A stretch of 64,000 nt of DNA from Octopus vulgaris (GCA_951406725.2 OX597822.1:106206001-106270000); one strand, 5' to 3'; positions 26,267 to 40,716 are shown, numbered from the stretch's first letter. The notes: generated by a model not told the origin, from the sequence alone. Numbers and translations are program-made.

Positions 26267-26526
26267 TTTCGATTCCCAGACTGGGCGTTGTGAGTGTTTA
26301 TTGAACGAAAAACACCTAAAAGCTCCACGACGCTCCGACAGGGGGTGGTGATCTGTACTCTTTCACTGTTGTACTCTTTCACCACTTTTTCTCCCACTCT
26401 TTCTTCTGTTGGCCTGCTCGCTTAGCCGGCGGGGTGGCGTCATTCGAAGGCTAAAACAATGCGAACGCATTGTGACCAGCGATGTGTAACAACATCTGAT
26501 GGTCTGGTCGATCACGTGATCACGTG

Positions 26527-26528
<2 letters not shown>
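26264..26528 (+). mobile_element. SINE family A variant, 5'-truncated, with a different 3' tail
   Basis: GGTTTCGATTCCCAGACTGGGCGTTGTGAGTG; ends in TCACGTGA repeats. Confidence 0.85.
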
Positions 26529-26614
<86 letters not shown>

Positions 26615-26618
<4 letters not shown>

Positions 26619-26818
26619 ATCCTTAAATCCTTTAAAATGTCTTAGCTCGAAGGTCGCGGCCATGCGGGGCACCACCGCTGAATGAGCTACACTAATATGT
26701 GAATCCACCTCTGATACGTGGCACTTGGTCAACAAGGGAATTCGATGCCGCTGCCCGCATCTGTGTCTCCTGTCGTGAGGTAGGTTCATCTGGGACCCCC
26801 GACAAGAAGAGATCCAGT
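26615..26818 (-). mobile_element. 3' end of a CR1-clade LINE
   Basis: Minus strand LDLFLSGVPDEP...SNSLVDQ followed by 3'UTR GCGGTGGTGCCCCGCATGGCCGC and short tail repeats. Confidence 0.7.
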
Positions 26819-27091
26819 TTATATACATATATATATATATATATGCGTTTATGAATTTGTGCTTGCACGATTCCTGATGTGAAACCGTGTGTTAAAACAG
26901 ATATTATTGTATTTCGGATTGGTCACCTTTTTTAAATAATCACTGGCACTCTGTATTCGTTCTTCACTCGTTTATTACTGTTATATGTGGTGGGGGTAGG
27001 TGTGTGTGTATGTATGCATGCGTGGGTGCATGTGTGTGTGTGTGTGTATACATGCGTGAAAACGAACAACACCCGGTTACTAACTCGGAAA

Positions 27092-27322
27092 GGCGGCGAG
27101 CTGACAGAAACGTTAGAGCGCCGAGCGAAATGCTTAGCGGTATTTCGTCTGCCGTTACGTTCTGAGTTCAAATTCCGCCGAGGTCGACTTTGCCTTTCAT
27201 CCTTTCGGAGTCGATTAAATAAGTACCAGTTACGCACTGGGGTCGATATGATAGACTTAATCCGTTTGTCTGTCCTTGTTCGTCTTCTCTGTGTTTAGCC
27301 CCTTGTGGGTAGTAAAGAAATA
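27092..27322 (+). mobile_element. Full-length SINE family C with 17-bp TSD
   Basis: GGTTACTAACTCGGAAA at 27075-27091 and 27323-27339. Confidence 0.95.
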
Positions 27323-27512
27323 GGTTACTAACTCGGAAAATTTTCGTGCATACGCAGCATGAATGACAACACCTCCCAGCCAAAGGATTTTGTCCACGAG
27401 GCATTATTTGGGAGTAAGGGAGAAAATGAGATCCAATGATTTTTGAACGCTCCTCATATATCTTTCGGAGATGCTTAAACATACATATATAGACATACAT
27501 AGATGTATGTAA

Positions 27513-27928
27513 AGGTATAGTGGCTCTGTGGTAAGTAGATTGCTTACGAACCACATGGTTCCGGATTCAGTCCCACTGCGTGGCACCTTAGGCAAGTGTC
27601 TTCTACTATAGCCTCGGGCCGACCAAAGACTTGTGAGTGGATTTGGTAGACGGAAATTGAAAAAAGCCCGTCTTATATATGTATATATATATATGTGTGT
27701 GTGTGTGTGTATTTTGTGTGTGTGCGTGTGTGTGTGTTGTGTATCTGTGTTTGTCCCCCTAACATCGCTTGACAACCGATGCTGGTGTGTAACTTAGTGG
27801 TTCGGTCAAAGAGACCGATAGAATAAGTTCTATGCTTACAAGGAATAAGTCCTGAGGTCGATTTGATTCGACTAAGGGCGGTGTTCCAGCTTGGCCACAG
27901 TCAAAAGACTGAAACATGTAAAACAAAA
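27513..27928 (+). mobile_element. SINE family B
   Basis: Full-length homology to the 21833 copy. Confidence 0.9.
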
Positions 27929-28024
27929 AAGGAGTATACACACACACACACACACACACATATGGATTTCAGCTAGCAATAAGCACCTCTCCGATGACCC
28001 CAACTGGCTATGGTGCCACCTATT

Positions 28025-29460
<1,436 letters not shown>

Positions 29461-29687
29461 AAGTGGGAGTCTCCCTGCTTGCCTAAAACCCTATTTTTCT
29501 ATTTATATTTTTTTATTTTTTATTTTTTATTCTTTTATTTATTCTTTTATCTACTTTACCACCGATTCCTTTGACCACTCCCCTTATAATGCCAGTTTTG
29601 CGCCGTGCCTACCCCCAAAAAAGTCCCCCACCACCACCCATTTAAACCTGCCTAAATGTATATATGCCAAAACAACTCTTGTCTACT

Positions 29688-29738
29688 AGCTTCCTGATGA
29701 TTTCTTTTGAATGAAACAGTTCTAGTCCTGTAGAAGCT
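29688..29738 (+). ncRNA. Type-I hammerhead ribozyme with intact catalytic core
   Basis: AGCTTC-CTGATGA-tTTC(tttt)GAAt-GAA-ACAG(ttctagtc)CTGT-A-GAAGCT: stems I-III and a GUA cleavage triplet; U.U at the stem II closing pair. Confidence 0.8.
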
Positions 29739-29757
29739 CCTTCTATAAAATAAATAA

Positions 29758-29815
<58 letters not shown>

Positions 29816-30232
29816 CAGACTATCCCGTGGAAGACAACGTATGAGCGTTGAGCTTTTGCCAAACAAAGTTACACAAATGATTCGTTTATAGTGATCAAAT
29901 GTTCGTGCCGCACATTAGCGGCACGAACAACAAAACGACGTTGTTTGAAGAGATGCAGAGTGTACCATGCATCAGGTATCGAACTCACAGAGTAGCGTGA
30001 GAGGAAGCATACGTATATATACACATATACATATATTTATACATATATATATATAGGTGTGTTGTGTGTGTGTGTATACACGCACGCACGTACGCACACA
30101 CATACACACACACATACACACACACGTACGCACACACATACACACACACATACACACGCGTATGGTTTTCAGCTAGCAATAAGCACACCTCCGATAACCC
30201 CCACTGGCTATGATGCCACCTATTTGTATGAA

Positions 30233-30263
<31 letters not shown>

Positions 30264-30451
30264 TACATACATATTAGAGGGAATTTACCACTATGTGGAA
30301 ACCCTTATGCTAGAAGAAGATCCGCTATGGTCTTACCGCTAAGAATTGTTCTCTAGAAAATTTAGCAAACACCAGAAACGAAAGCTAGACCACTGGTGTT
30401 AAAATTGATGTTATCAAATTAATATCCAATTTTCACCCTAATTTTAATTTT

Positions 30452-30543
<92 letters not shown>

Positions 30544-31429
30544 AGATATAAACATACGTATATGCATGCGTACATACATAGATACTTACATTACATTACA
30601 TACATACATATAAAATAGACAGACAGACAGACACGGAAAGGCTAGACAGCGGCGGCTAGAAAGCCATCATCGGTAAATCGTCGCTGTCAACCTCTTCTTT
30701 GAAGAAATTCATAAATGTTTCTCTACTAAATAGTATTAAGTGGTCCTACAATTTCATTTTCAACTGTTTGTATTCATAACTTTACATTGAAGCAAACATT
30801 AAAGCCAATTGATACATATATTTGTGGAGAGTATGATTGTGAATATATATATATATATTCATATATATGTGTGTGTGTCTATTACATATTATATATGTAT
30901 ATTCTGTCTGTGTGTGTGTGTGCGTGTGAGTCCATGTAACTTTGGTTGCAAATTAGAATCGGCTGAATTATTTTTGACATCAGAGAGAGAGAGACAGACA
31001 GACAGGTAGACAGGCAGGCAGGCAGGCGGACAGACAGACAGATATGAGCAATAACAGCTACGTAGGTAGATAAAACTTGAGAAACCTGATACTGGTAGAG
31101 ATGAAGAGTCACGAAAAAAGAGAGGAAGGATAAGGAGAAGCAGATGATTGAAAGAGTAGTAGTGAGACAGGAAAAGAGTGGCTTCAGATCAAACACAATT
31201 TTCCGACTTCGTTGACCTAGATTCACCTACAAAAATTATATAGTGTGCGTGTGTGCGTACTGAGATGTATACGCCATTTTTTTTTCTTTCTTTTTATATA
31301 TATACAACGTATGTGTGTTTGTGTGCGTTCAAAAATGTTATATTGATACAAAAGTTACATTAAAACAATATATTCATATACATTTCCCAAAGTTCGATGT
31401 AACTATCACAGTCACAAATGTCTATAAAA

Positions 31430-31925
31430 AGCAATATTTGCCGAAACTAATAAAACTGTAAAGGTGATCGATAAGCAAATTATTCAACGTTTCAAAGACA
31501 TGAATATGTCGATGAGTCTGTAGATAGAGTTTTAGATCCCAGACAAGCTGTAAATGACCTCAACAAGTTCTTCGACAACATAAAGATAACTGATGTGCCA
31601 TATTACATTCTTATACTGGAGAAACGATCAAGTCTTCACGGAAAATTGGTGGATCTATGTCCGTGCTATGACACGTCAATCAAATAAACGTCGCATCTGA
31701 TTGAAGCTACAAAGACTATACCGCAGGTTTGAGGGATGTGTTTATCTCAAGAATTCCAAACATTTCCAGATGTAATTGGCTTTGTGATTATTCTAATATC
31801 CTGTGATTCGTGTTTATAACAATTAAGCCCGTCGCTGCGTAGATAATACGGTTATTGCGCAACGTGGATGTTGATTTTGATACTGGGTCGAAAATATCTG
31901 TTTAAGTCTACTGCATCAAGACATA
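31430..31925 (+). pseudogene. Helitron Pif1-like helicase relic
   Basis: Manual translation gives AIFAETNKTVKVIDKQII, SVDRVLDPRQAVN...DVPYYILILEK, HLIEAT and DVFISRIP, colinear with Helitron helicase C-terminal motifs; stops and frameshifts present. Confidence 0.65.
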
Positions 31926-31985
31926 CTACCACACACACACACACACACACATATGTATACTTGTACCGGGATATTATGTACATAT

Positions 31986-32380
31986 ACTCTTTTACTTGTT
32001 TCAGTCATTTGATTGTGGCCATGCTGGAGTACCGCCTTTAGTCGAACAAATCGACCCCAGGACTTATTCTTTGTAAGCTTAGTACTTATTCTATCGGTCT
32101 CTTTTGCGGAACCGGTAAGTTACGGGGACGTAAACACACGAGTATCAGTTGTCAAGCGATGTTGAGGGCACAAACACAGACGCACAAACATACACACACA
32201 CACATACATATATACGATGGGCTTCTTTTAGTTTCCGTCTACCAAATCCACTCAAAAGGCTTTGGTCGACCCGAGACTATAGTAGAAGACACTTGCCCAA
32301 GGTGCCACGCAGTGGGACTGAACCCGGAACCATGTGGTTGGTAAGCAAGCTACTTACCACACATCCACTCCTGCGCCTAT
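31986..32380 (-). mobile_element. SINE family B
   Basis: Full-length homology. Confidence 0.92.
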
Positions 32381-33659
32381 GTGTATGTATATATGCATAT
32401 ATGCATGCATGTATACATACGCATAATTTCTGTTCGTTAGTTTTCCTTTGCAATGCACGAGGTTTTAGTGGAAAAACAAACTTGCCGAAGGTAATAGCAC
32501 TGTGATCGAATTCACAACGATATGGTTACAAAGCGAACTTCTTAAACGTACACAGAACCATACCTGCATCCATGCATGTATGCAAGAAATAGAAATCTAA
32601 TGCAGCAGATTTTAATGAGGTTTTATCAAGTACCCTCTACACAGAAAACCTTGAGCGACATGTCTTACAACAGCATTTAACAGCAACTCTCCATATTTTA
32701 ATTTCCAGTGTTATGAGTGTCGAGAGAGACAATGAACTTGTAGTGCTCCAGCCTCATTACGATCGGCTACATTCTTATGTCTTTGTAGGAAACCAATATT
32801 TGGATACTAAGAACAATTCTAATACTTCTGGGGATAAATATAATGGAGAAATTAAACTAAAACTATCAATTTAACATCCCATCATTGATTTTCTTTTGTA
32901 TTATACATAATCAGATTTCATTCATTTCAATGTAGTTAAAGCGATTACTTCCATTGTTTAAATTGTAACTCAGAGATATTCGATGGTGATTTACTGGAAT
33001 CTAATTTATTCCGACTTCGTAAATAATAATGTCTTATAAACAGAGAACATAAAATTAATTTATGAATTCAGAATTGACCATTCTCAATTCTGAAGTGAGA
33101 AACTTGTATTCAACTTATATAAACAAACTTTGTGAATTAAAATAGAAGAAACAAACAATATTATCACTTGACAATGTGTATTATAGCTAAATATCCCTCA
33201 AGTATAATGTGGCGGGTCTATTAACCCTACCATTTAAGCTAAAATTGGAACTGAAATAATTTTATAGTCTGGGTCAAGGCAATATTTATTACCTTCATAT
33301 AAATACTTATAATTTCTTGCCTTTTACAATCCGCTACTAATGTTCAACGTCAATTACATTCAGTTTTGCAATGATAGAAGATATTTCACAGTTTTCTATA
33401 GTCCCTACCTGGCCAAAAATTAATCAGTTTTGTTATGTGTAGAAAATACAATCAAGTATAACGAAATATTAAACAGTAATGTCTACATTAGCAAAAACTT
33501 TGTCAAAATTATAGTAATTATAATACTTTCCATTATAGGAAATTTGGGGGATAGGAGATATTCAATTTTAACGTCCTTAGTAATTAATTGGTAAGTTTTT
33601 TAATCGAAAGGATGAAAGGCAAAGTCGAACGTAAAGAGGGACGAATTACTGCGAATCAT

Positions 33660-33699
<40 letters not shown>

Positions 33700-33887
33700 C
33701 AGCTAACTAAATAATAGTAATGATAATGACAATAGCAAAAGTATGTTCTCTGTCAGATGCAGTCACAAAGCACACAACTTGAGAAGAGGAATAGTCAAAA
33801 GCATGTGTGTGCATGTGTGTGTGAGCGCACACACACACACAAACACACACACACATACATACATATATATCTCTCTTTTTTTTATTT

Positions 33888-34332
33888 CTCTTTTACTTGT
33901 TTCAGTCATTTGACTGCGGCCATGCTGGAGCACCACCTTTAGTCGAGCAAATCGACCCCAGGACTTATTCTTTGTAAACCCAGTACTTATTCTATCGGTC
34001 TCTTTTGCCGAACCGCTAAGTGACGGTGACGTAAACACACCAGCATCGGTTGTCAAGCAACGCTAGGGGGACAAACACAGACGCACAAACATACACACAC
34101 ACGTATGGTAGACGGAAACTGAAAGAAGCCCGTCGTATATATACATATATACGACGGGCTTCTTTCAGTTTCCGTCTACCAAATCCACTCACAAGGCTTT
34201 GGTTGGCCCAGGGCTATAGTAGAAGACACTTGCCCAAGGTGCCACGCAGTGGGACTGAACCCGGAACCATGTGGTTGGTAAACAAGCTACTTACCACACA
34301 CCCACTGCGAACACACCCACACACCTCCTGCG

Positions 34333-34335
<3 letters not shown>
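33888..34335 (-). mobile_element. SINE family B with internal 36-bp inverted duplication
   Basis: Full-length homology; palindrome at 34106-34181. Confidence 0.92.
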
Positions 34336-34378
<43 letters not shown>

Positions 34379-34380
<2 letters not shown>

Positions 34381-34605
34381 GGAGTAAACACATAAATGTG
34401 AAACAAGGTGGGAAAAAGAGTACTCAAATACCAGTGGTAGAGTAATATGCTTTATTTAAAGCAGCAGAAAATTCAACAAGACCTGTTACTCTGAGTTTCC
34501 CGTTGCCGTTCATCGGACAGTTTTTGCTGGAAAAACTGTCCGATGAACGGCAATAGGAAACTCAGAGTAACAGGTTTTGTTGAATATTCTGCTGCTTTAG
34601 ATAAA

Positions 34606-34610
<5 letters not shown>
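34379..34610. mobile_element. Penelope-like fold-back remnant: 80-nt inverted arms each with a hammerhead-like motif
   Basis: Arms 34446-34525 / 34531-34610, 5-nt loop; CTGT-CCGATGA-ACG(gcaa)..-GAA-ACTC(a)GAGT-A-ACAG; (TA)n on both sides. Confidence 0.75.
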
Positions 34611-34661
<51 letters not shown>

Positions 34662-34960
34662 TACACTCCATCGATTACGACGACAAGGGTTCCAGTTGAT
34701 CTGATCAATGGGACAGCTTTGCTCGTGAAATTAAAGTGAAAGTGGCTGGCCACTCCACAGACATGCGTACCCTTAGCGTATATCTCAGGAAGATTTAGCG
34801 TAACTCATAACGTGACAAGGCTGGACCTTTGCAATACAGGTACTACTCATTTTTGCTAGCTGAAGGAACTGGAGCAACGTGAAAAAGGACACAACGCGCC
34901 GCCGATAATTGAACTCACCTTACGATCGGGAGCCAAATACTCTAACCATTAACCCACGCG
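34662..34960 (-). mobile_element. tRNA-derived SINE family D
   Basis: Minus strand GCGTGGGTTAATGGTTAGAG...GAGTTCAATT head; body homologous to 22560-22745. Confidence 0.75.
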
Positions 34961-35522
34961 TTTTCAAGCACACTTCTTGGCTCTCTCTTTAACTCCCACT
35001 ATTTCCCACTCGTTTATCCCCCCTGCATCTTTCCCTTTGTCTCTGATTTTTTTCTAATCCTCCATTCCCGCTGTCCCCTACCCATCTCTCCTCCTTCCAT
35101 ATGACCGGTGTCCGGCCAGCCATGAATTTTTTTCTTGGCCTGACCACCAATCGTCAACATGTCTTGTGTCCATCTCCCATGTTCTTGCCTTTAGGCTTTC
35201 ACTTCATACACGCCAAATTTGAATCGTTCTCAATCGAAAGACGCCTGTTAATAAGCCTTGTGTACAATGTTCTCCGTTCTTTTTTTCTTTGTTGCCGTAC
35301 ACACTTGATAGCTTTCTAATGCTCTTAGCTTAGACTTTTTGCGGGGACAACCAGATGAAACCATCTCAAGTGTAACTGTCCGTAATGGTCGTGACTACTG
35401 GTACTTGACCGAAGAAAGAATGCCCCGTCTTTTTTTGCCTGTCCTTCTAATTGTTGTTTCTCTTTCCGCCTTTGTGTCGTCTATCTGTCCGAAAGATTTA
35501 GTACCCTCTATTGCGTTTCTGT

Positions 35523-35580
<58 letters not shown>

Positions 35581-36214
35581 TTATGTGCGCATTTATATAT
35601 GTACATGACACATATACTCACAGTGAGAGAGAGTAAAAGATGTGCGTGCGTGTCTATATTAACTACTTAATTAGTATAAGGAATGCATAACATAATGTAG
35701 AATGATTTTTATCCGCACTGAAACGCATCATTATGCCATTAAGTAAATGCGATAATTAATAAGAATTACCAATATCCATTGAACTAGAGTATGTCCCTGT
35801 CCGATGTTAGATTCAGATATTAATTAAGTCTTCAATTATTTAATTCTTACTCAAAGGCAGTCATTTCTCTGGACATTCTAATAATCAATTCCTTCCTTCA
35901 CTCCAATGATCAGAAAAGACTTCACGGATTCATTCGTCTTAAATGCTTTATATATTAGAGTAGTGAGATTTTTAACGGTACCTGCTATATATTTTCTTTG
36001 CCAAAAACATCGATTCGTACTAAGAACTACAAGTTTTTTATGTAATGATCTGGGTTTTTTTATTATATGGGTGGGTAGTTCGGGAAGACGAGCTGTGACT
36101 GACCTTTCGTAAGAAGGGCTTCTGATCTGGTGGAGACAAAGAGAAAAAAATAAACAAGACTTATGGGTTCTCCGCCACAGACCAAAGACATTGCTTGAAT
36201 GTCTGCCAATGAGT

Positions 36215-36518
36215 AAAGATAAAAAACGTCGCCCTTTTCAAGCCTAGCCAGGCTAATGAGCCCGGTTTCCCGGTTTCTGTGGCGTATGTGTTACTCCCAG
36301 CTGGACGGGACGCCAGTCCATCGCAGCGTTACTCAAGAAACAGGAAGAAAGAGTGAGAGAAAGTTGTGGCGAAAGAGAACAACAGGGGTCGCCACCACCC
36401 CCTGCCAGAGCCTAGTGGAGCTTTTAGGTGTTTTCGCTCAACAAACACACACAACGCCCGGTCTGGGAATCGAAACCGCGAGTCCGCTGCCCTAAACACT
36501 GGGCCATTGCACCTCCAC
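36215..36518 (-). mobile_element. Full-length SINE family A with V-domain-like core and 12-bp TSD
   Basis: TSD CTGCCAATGAGT at 36203-36214 and 36519-36530; CTGCGATGGACTGGCGTCCCGTCCAG resembles the V-SINE central domain. Confidence 0.92.
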
Positions 36519-37047
36519 CTGCCAATGAGTGGACTCTACTAAATACTCATCGAAGATTAGAGTGTACTTATTAAACTAGGTGATGTATTATAGGCGTACA
36601 ACTCATATACAACACATTTGATTTGCGGATAGTTTCCGACTAAGTTTATTCACAAGTTTTGGGATAACTTCAAAACTTGCTTACGCATTTATTTTCTTTT
36701 GATAAAACCTTCATTAATATTTTCAGTTTAAAAAATCGTTCTGTACCTGGTTGCATTATTTTAACATTTCTTTTTGATTTTTTCCCTGTGAATCTCGGCA
36801 CGATTTATATACAAGCATGATCGCAATGGAGATGAATGATAAAGCAGGTGCATTAAGCTCCAGGTTTAGATATATTGATGTTTGTCTTCATTCTCTAAAT
36901 CGTCATGTTTGTTGGTGTGATTCAAGTGAGACTTCTGTAAACTCTAAGGCAATAAGGACACCAAAGAGATGTTGTCCTAATGTGATGTATCCAGGGCAAC
37001 ACTGGAACGTATACATTCAGCATTTAATAGTAATGAACCCTACTGAA

Positions 37048-37094
<47 letters not shown>

Positions 37095-37318
37095 ATCAGC
37101 ATATACGCTGCTTTCAGCCATGATCCATGATTATCCATCATACTCATTTATAATTCCGTTGATTAAAGTAGCAGAGACTTAATTATCTGTGATAGAAATG
37201 AATGTTTGCAGTCGACTGTTCTGCTCATAAGTAAAATTCTAAAGCAATCGTCCAGCAAGAACTTACAACGTATCTACGTATCCCGCTGTAGGGAACAGCT
37301 TGAAACATATATACATAT

Positions 37319-37411
<93 letters not shown>

Positions 37412-37804
37412 CAAGTATATATACATATGTGTTGCACCATTATTGACCAAATAAATCAAATTAATTAAGGGATTAATTAGTCACGCGTAGCTCGTCAGTA
37501 AGTTCGCTGTAAAATGTATCAATATGAGATACAATACGTACGAAAACACAAAGTAAACGCATGCGCATCCAATTCCATCCTTATGCATCAAGAATTCAAA
37601 TCGAATGCTTTGAAGCAAGGTACCAAGCCAAGAGTAGTATAACAAGGAATAAATTCAAACGTATATCATCCGGCCGAAGAATTTAAATATTTAACTTTAT
37701 AACTAAATATATATATACATATATAAATACATACATATGTATATACATATATAAATACATACATATATATATATATGCATATATAAATACAAACATATAT
37801 ATAT

Positions 37805-37868
<64 letters not shown>

Positions 37869-37879
37869 GCATATATATA

Positions 37880-37960
37880 GCGCCACTGTCCGGTGTCTGT
37901 GCCTAAAGAGGAGATAACCACTCCGAAATGCTTACATCTCACAGTCTGGATAGGTGGGGC
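37880..37960 (+). ncRNA. Degenerate type-I hammerhead motif with extended stem I
   Basis: CTGTG-c-CTAAAGA-GGAG(ataacca)CTCC-GAA-ATG(ctta)CAT-C-t-CACAG; outer pairing CCAC..TGTCC / GGATA..GTGG; core G5>A. Confidence 0.5.
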
Positions 37961-38060
37961 TGCGAGCTGATTAAAATGTACCTACACCATTAGTCTACAA
38001 CGAGAAAATTTCCTCTACGACAAAATAGAGAGAGAAACGGAGACAGACAGACAGACAGAC

Positions 38061-38155
<95 letters not shown>

Positions 38156-39278
38156 ATACTACACCATGAATATAGTGTAGACCATGAACCACATTGGCCG
38201 GGCACTGGTATAGTATAATAGCTACTTAATTTAAGTGCTAATTTAGACTTCGCGTTGTTGTGACGTTGTCTTGGCGTAGTACTTAGTACAGTTATACGCT
38301 TTTCACAAAATACCGCGTTCTAATGAAAAGCAATACATCCGGGCTTCCCCTGGCTTTTGCGAATTATCTAAAATTTTGTTATTTATATGTGTCTTTCTAT
38401 CTTTTTCTTAGAATGTGTGTGCGTTAGCTACTATACCTAATTCAAGCGACACCGTAGAGACTCTCTCGCTGATTCATATAATCTATGAAGATATTCTAAA
38501 TTAGTCCAGAGATACTGGGTTCAACTTCTCTGGGAGATATAATTTGAGGAGTTATGGATTTATTTGTCGTATATACACTGCATTACAATGACGGATTATT
38601 CAGTCCTGCCTCTTGTGCTACGCAATTCATGATTATAAATGTGATATTAAGCAATATTTTAGCTAAAATCGACAATATGATATAGCTGACTTTTCAACCT
38701 AGCCACCAAACTGATTATGTATAAATAGATAGAGTGAGAAATAGCTGGATGGACATACAGGTAGACAGGTGAGTTGGTGTACTATATGTTTGTATATATG
38801 TGTGTATGCATGCGTGACGGCACATTCGTAAGAAAGAATTGTTCATATGTATAGCGTCCATAAGTCATTATCTAATAACTGTCCTAATACCATTATAGGA
38901 TGGTTCTGGACAGAAATGAAAACTGAAATTGATAGCAAATGTGATAAGCTGTACAGTAATGATTATTTCTAAACAAAATTATATTTATCTTCCATTAATT
39001 ACGAAGATTATTAGTTTACAAGGTATGATTTCGGCAAAATACGAATATATGTAACTGACGAAATCATTTAGAATAACAGGACACGTTCATGATGGCGACA
39101 TTTTCTTTGCAAGATGGCTGCGTGGTTTAAGTTTGCAATGGAAATACGTTATTTGTAGATCGGGCACAATATGTGGAACACTAGGCAAATGCCTTCCACT
39201 AAAATGCTAGGCCGACCAATGTATTGTGAGTGAATTTAGATATATATATATACACACACGCACACACACATATATACA

Positions 39279-40716
39279 TCAGGGATCAAGGCAAGCAAAT
39301 GGATAGATGGGTGGAGCACTACCAGGATCTCTACTCACGGGAGACCACAGTGGCTGAGGCTGCAGTCGAGAGTGTCAAGATCTTGCCAGTCATGTGCGAA
39401 CTTGACAGTCCGCCATCTATAGCAGAGCTCACCAAGGCTGTTGACTCCCTAGCAAGAAATAAGGCTCCGGGAAAAGACGGCATCCCCTCAGAGATCATCA
39501 AAGCCGGCAAAAACACCATCCTGCTTCGGCACCTTCATGAGCTTCTGTGTCAGTGCTGGGAAGAGGGTACAGTCCCTCAGGATATGCGGGATGCCAACAT
39601 CATTACGCTCTACAAAAACAAAGGTGACCGTGGTGATTGTAACAATTACCGTGGTATATCCCTTCTAAGCACTGTTGGAAAGACCTTTGCCCGCGTTATC
39701 CTGGCCAGGCTACAACTACTTGCTTCTCGAATCTATCCGGAATCGCAGTGTGGCTTTAGAAGATGCAAATCAACTATCGATATGATATTCTCCATACGCC
39801 AACTTCAGGAGAAGTCCAGAGAGCAGAAAATGCCATTATATATGGCCTTCATTGATCTAACAAAGGCTTTTGACTCGGTAAGCAGAACAGGCCTCTTCCT
39901 CCTGCTCCAAAAAATCGGATGTCCACCAAAGCTGCTGAGGATCATCAAGTCTTTCCATGATGACATGCAAGGCACCATACAGCACAACGGTTCAACATCA
40001 GCCGCCTTCCAAATAAAAAACGGGGTAAAGCAAGGCTGTGTCCTCGCTCCTACATTGTTTGGCATCTTCTTCTCACTCTTGCTGTCACATGCCTTTCAGA
40101 CATCAGATGATGGAGTGTTTCTGCACAGTAGAAGTGACGGGAAACTGTTCAATCTCTCGCGCCTGCGTGCCAAGACCAAAATCAGAAACGTCCTGATCAA
40201 GGAGATGTTATTTGCTGATGATGCCGCTCTGGTAACACACACAGAAGAAGCCCTCCAAAGGCTCATTAACTGTTTTGAGCAAGCATGTAACGACTTTGGC
40301 TTAGCTATCAGCCTTAAGAAGACCAACATCATGGGCCAGGCTACATCGGACATCCCAAACATACATATTGGAGACCACAGGGTTGGGAGGCAGTCGCCGG
40401 CAACCGTGGAGAATGGCGACGTACAGTAAAAGAGGGTATACAGAGGAGTGACAGAAAGAGAGAGGAGAAATGGAAAGAAAGGAAGAGACATAAACAAGAG
40501 ACCATGGCACTACAACCAGCCAGGAACAGTCTTCGCTACATTTGCAGTAACTGCCAGAGGGAGTGTTTGTCCAGGATAGGACTACACAGCCACAGCAAGA
40601 AATGTAACAGGAAATAAAATATAACAGCCGGACTAGACCTAGAAAAAAAAAAAAAAAAGAAAAAAAAATGCGCAACTCCATTGTCTCCCGAGACAGAAAG
40701 GATGCCAAACAAAAAA
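39279..40716 (+). mobile_element. RTE (BovB-like) LINE, 5'-truncated with an internal deletion near 40380
   Basis: ORF 39230-40429 has RT motifs KAPGKDGIP, NYRGISLLS, PESQCGFR, FIDLTKAFDSV, GVKQGCVLAP, LFADD. After the junction another frame gives the RTE C-terminal YICSNCQRECLSRIGLHSH and a short 3'UTR. Confidence 0.95.

Noticed and set aside
35080-35520. Possible old Penelope GIY-YIG tail
   Set aside because: Only vague peptide resemblance and no intact hammerhead.
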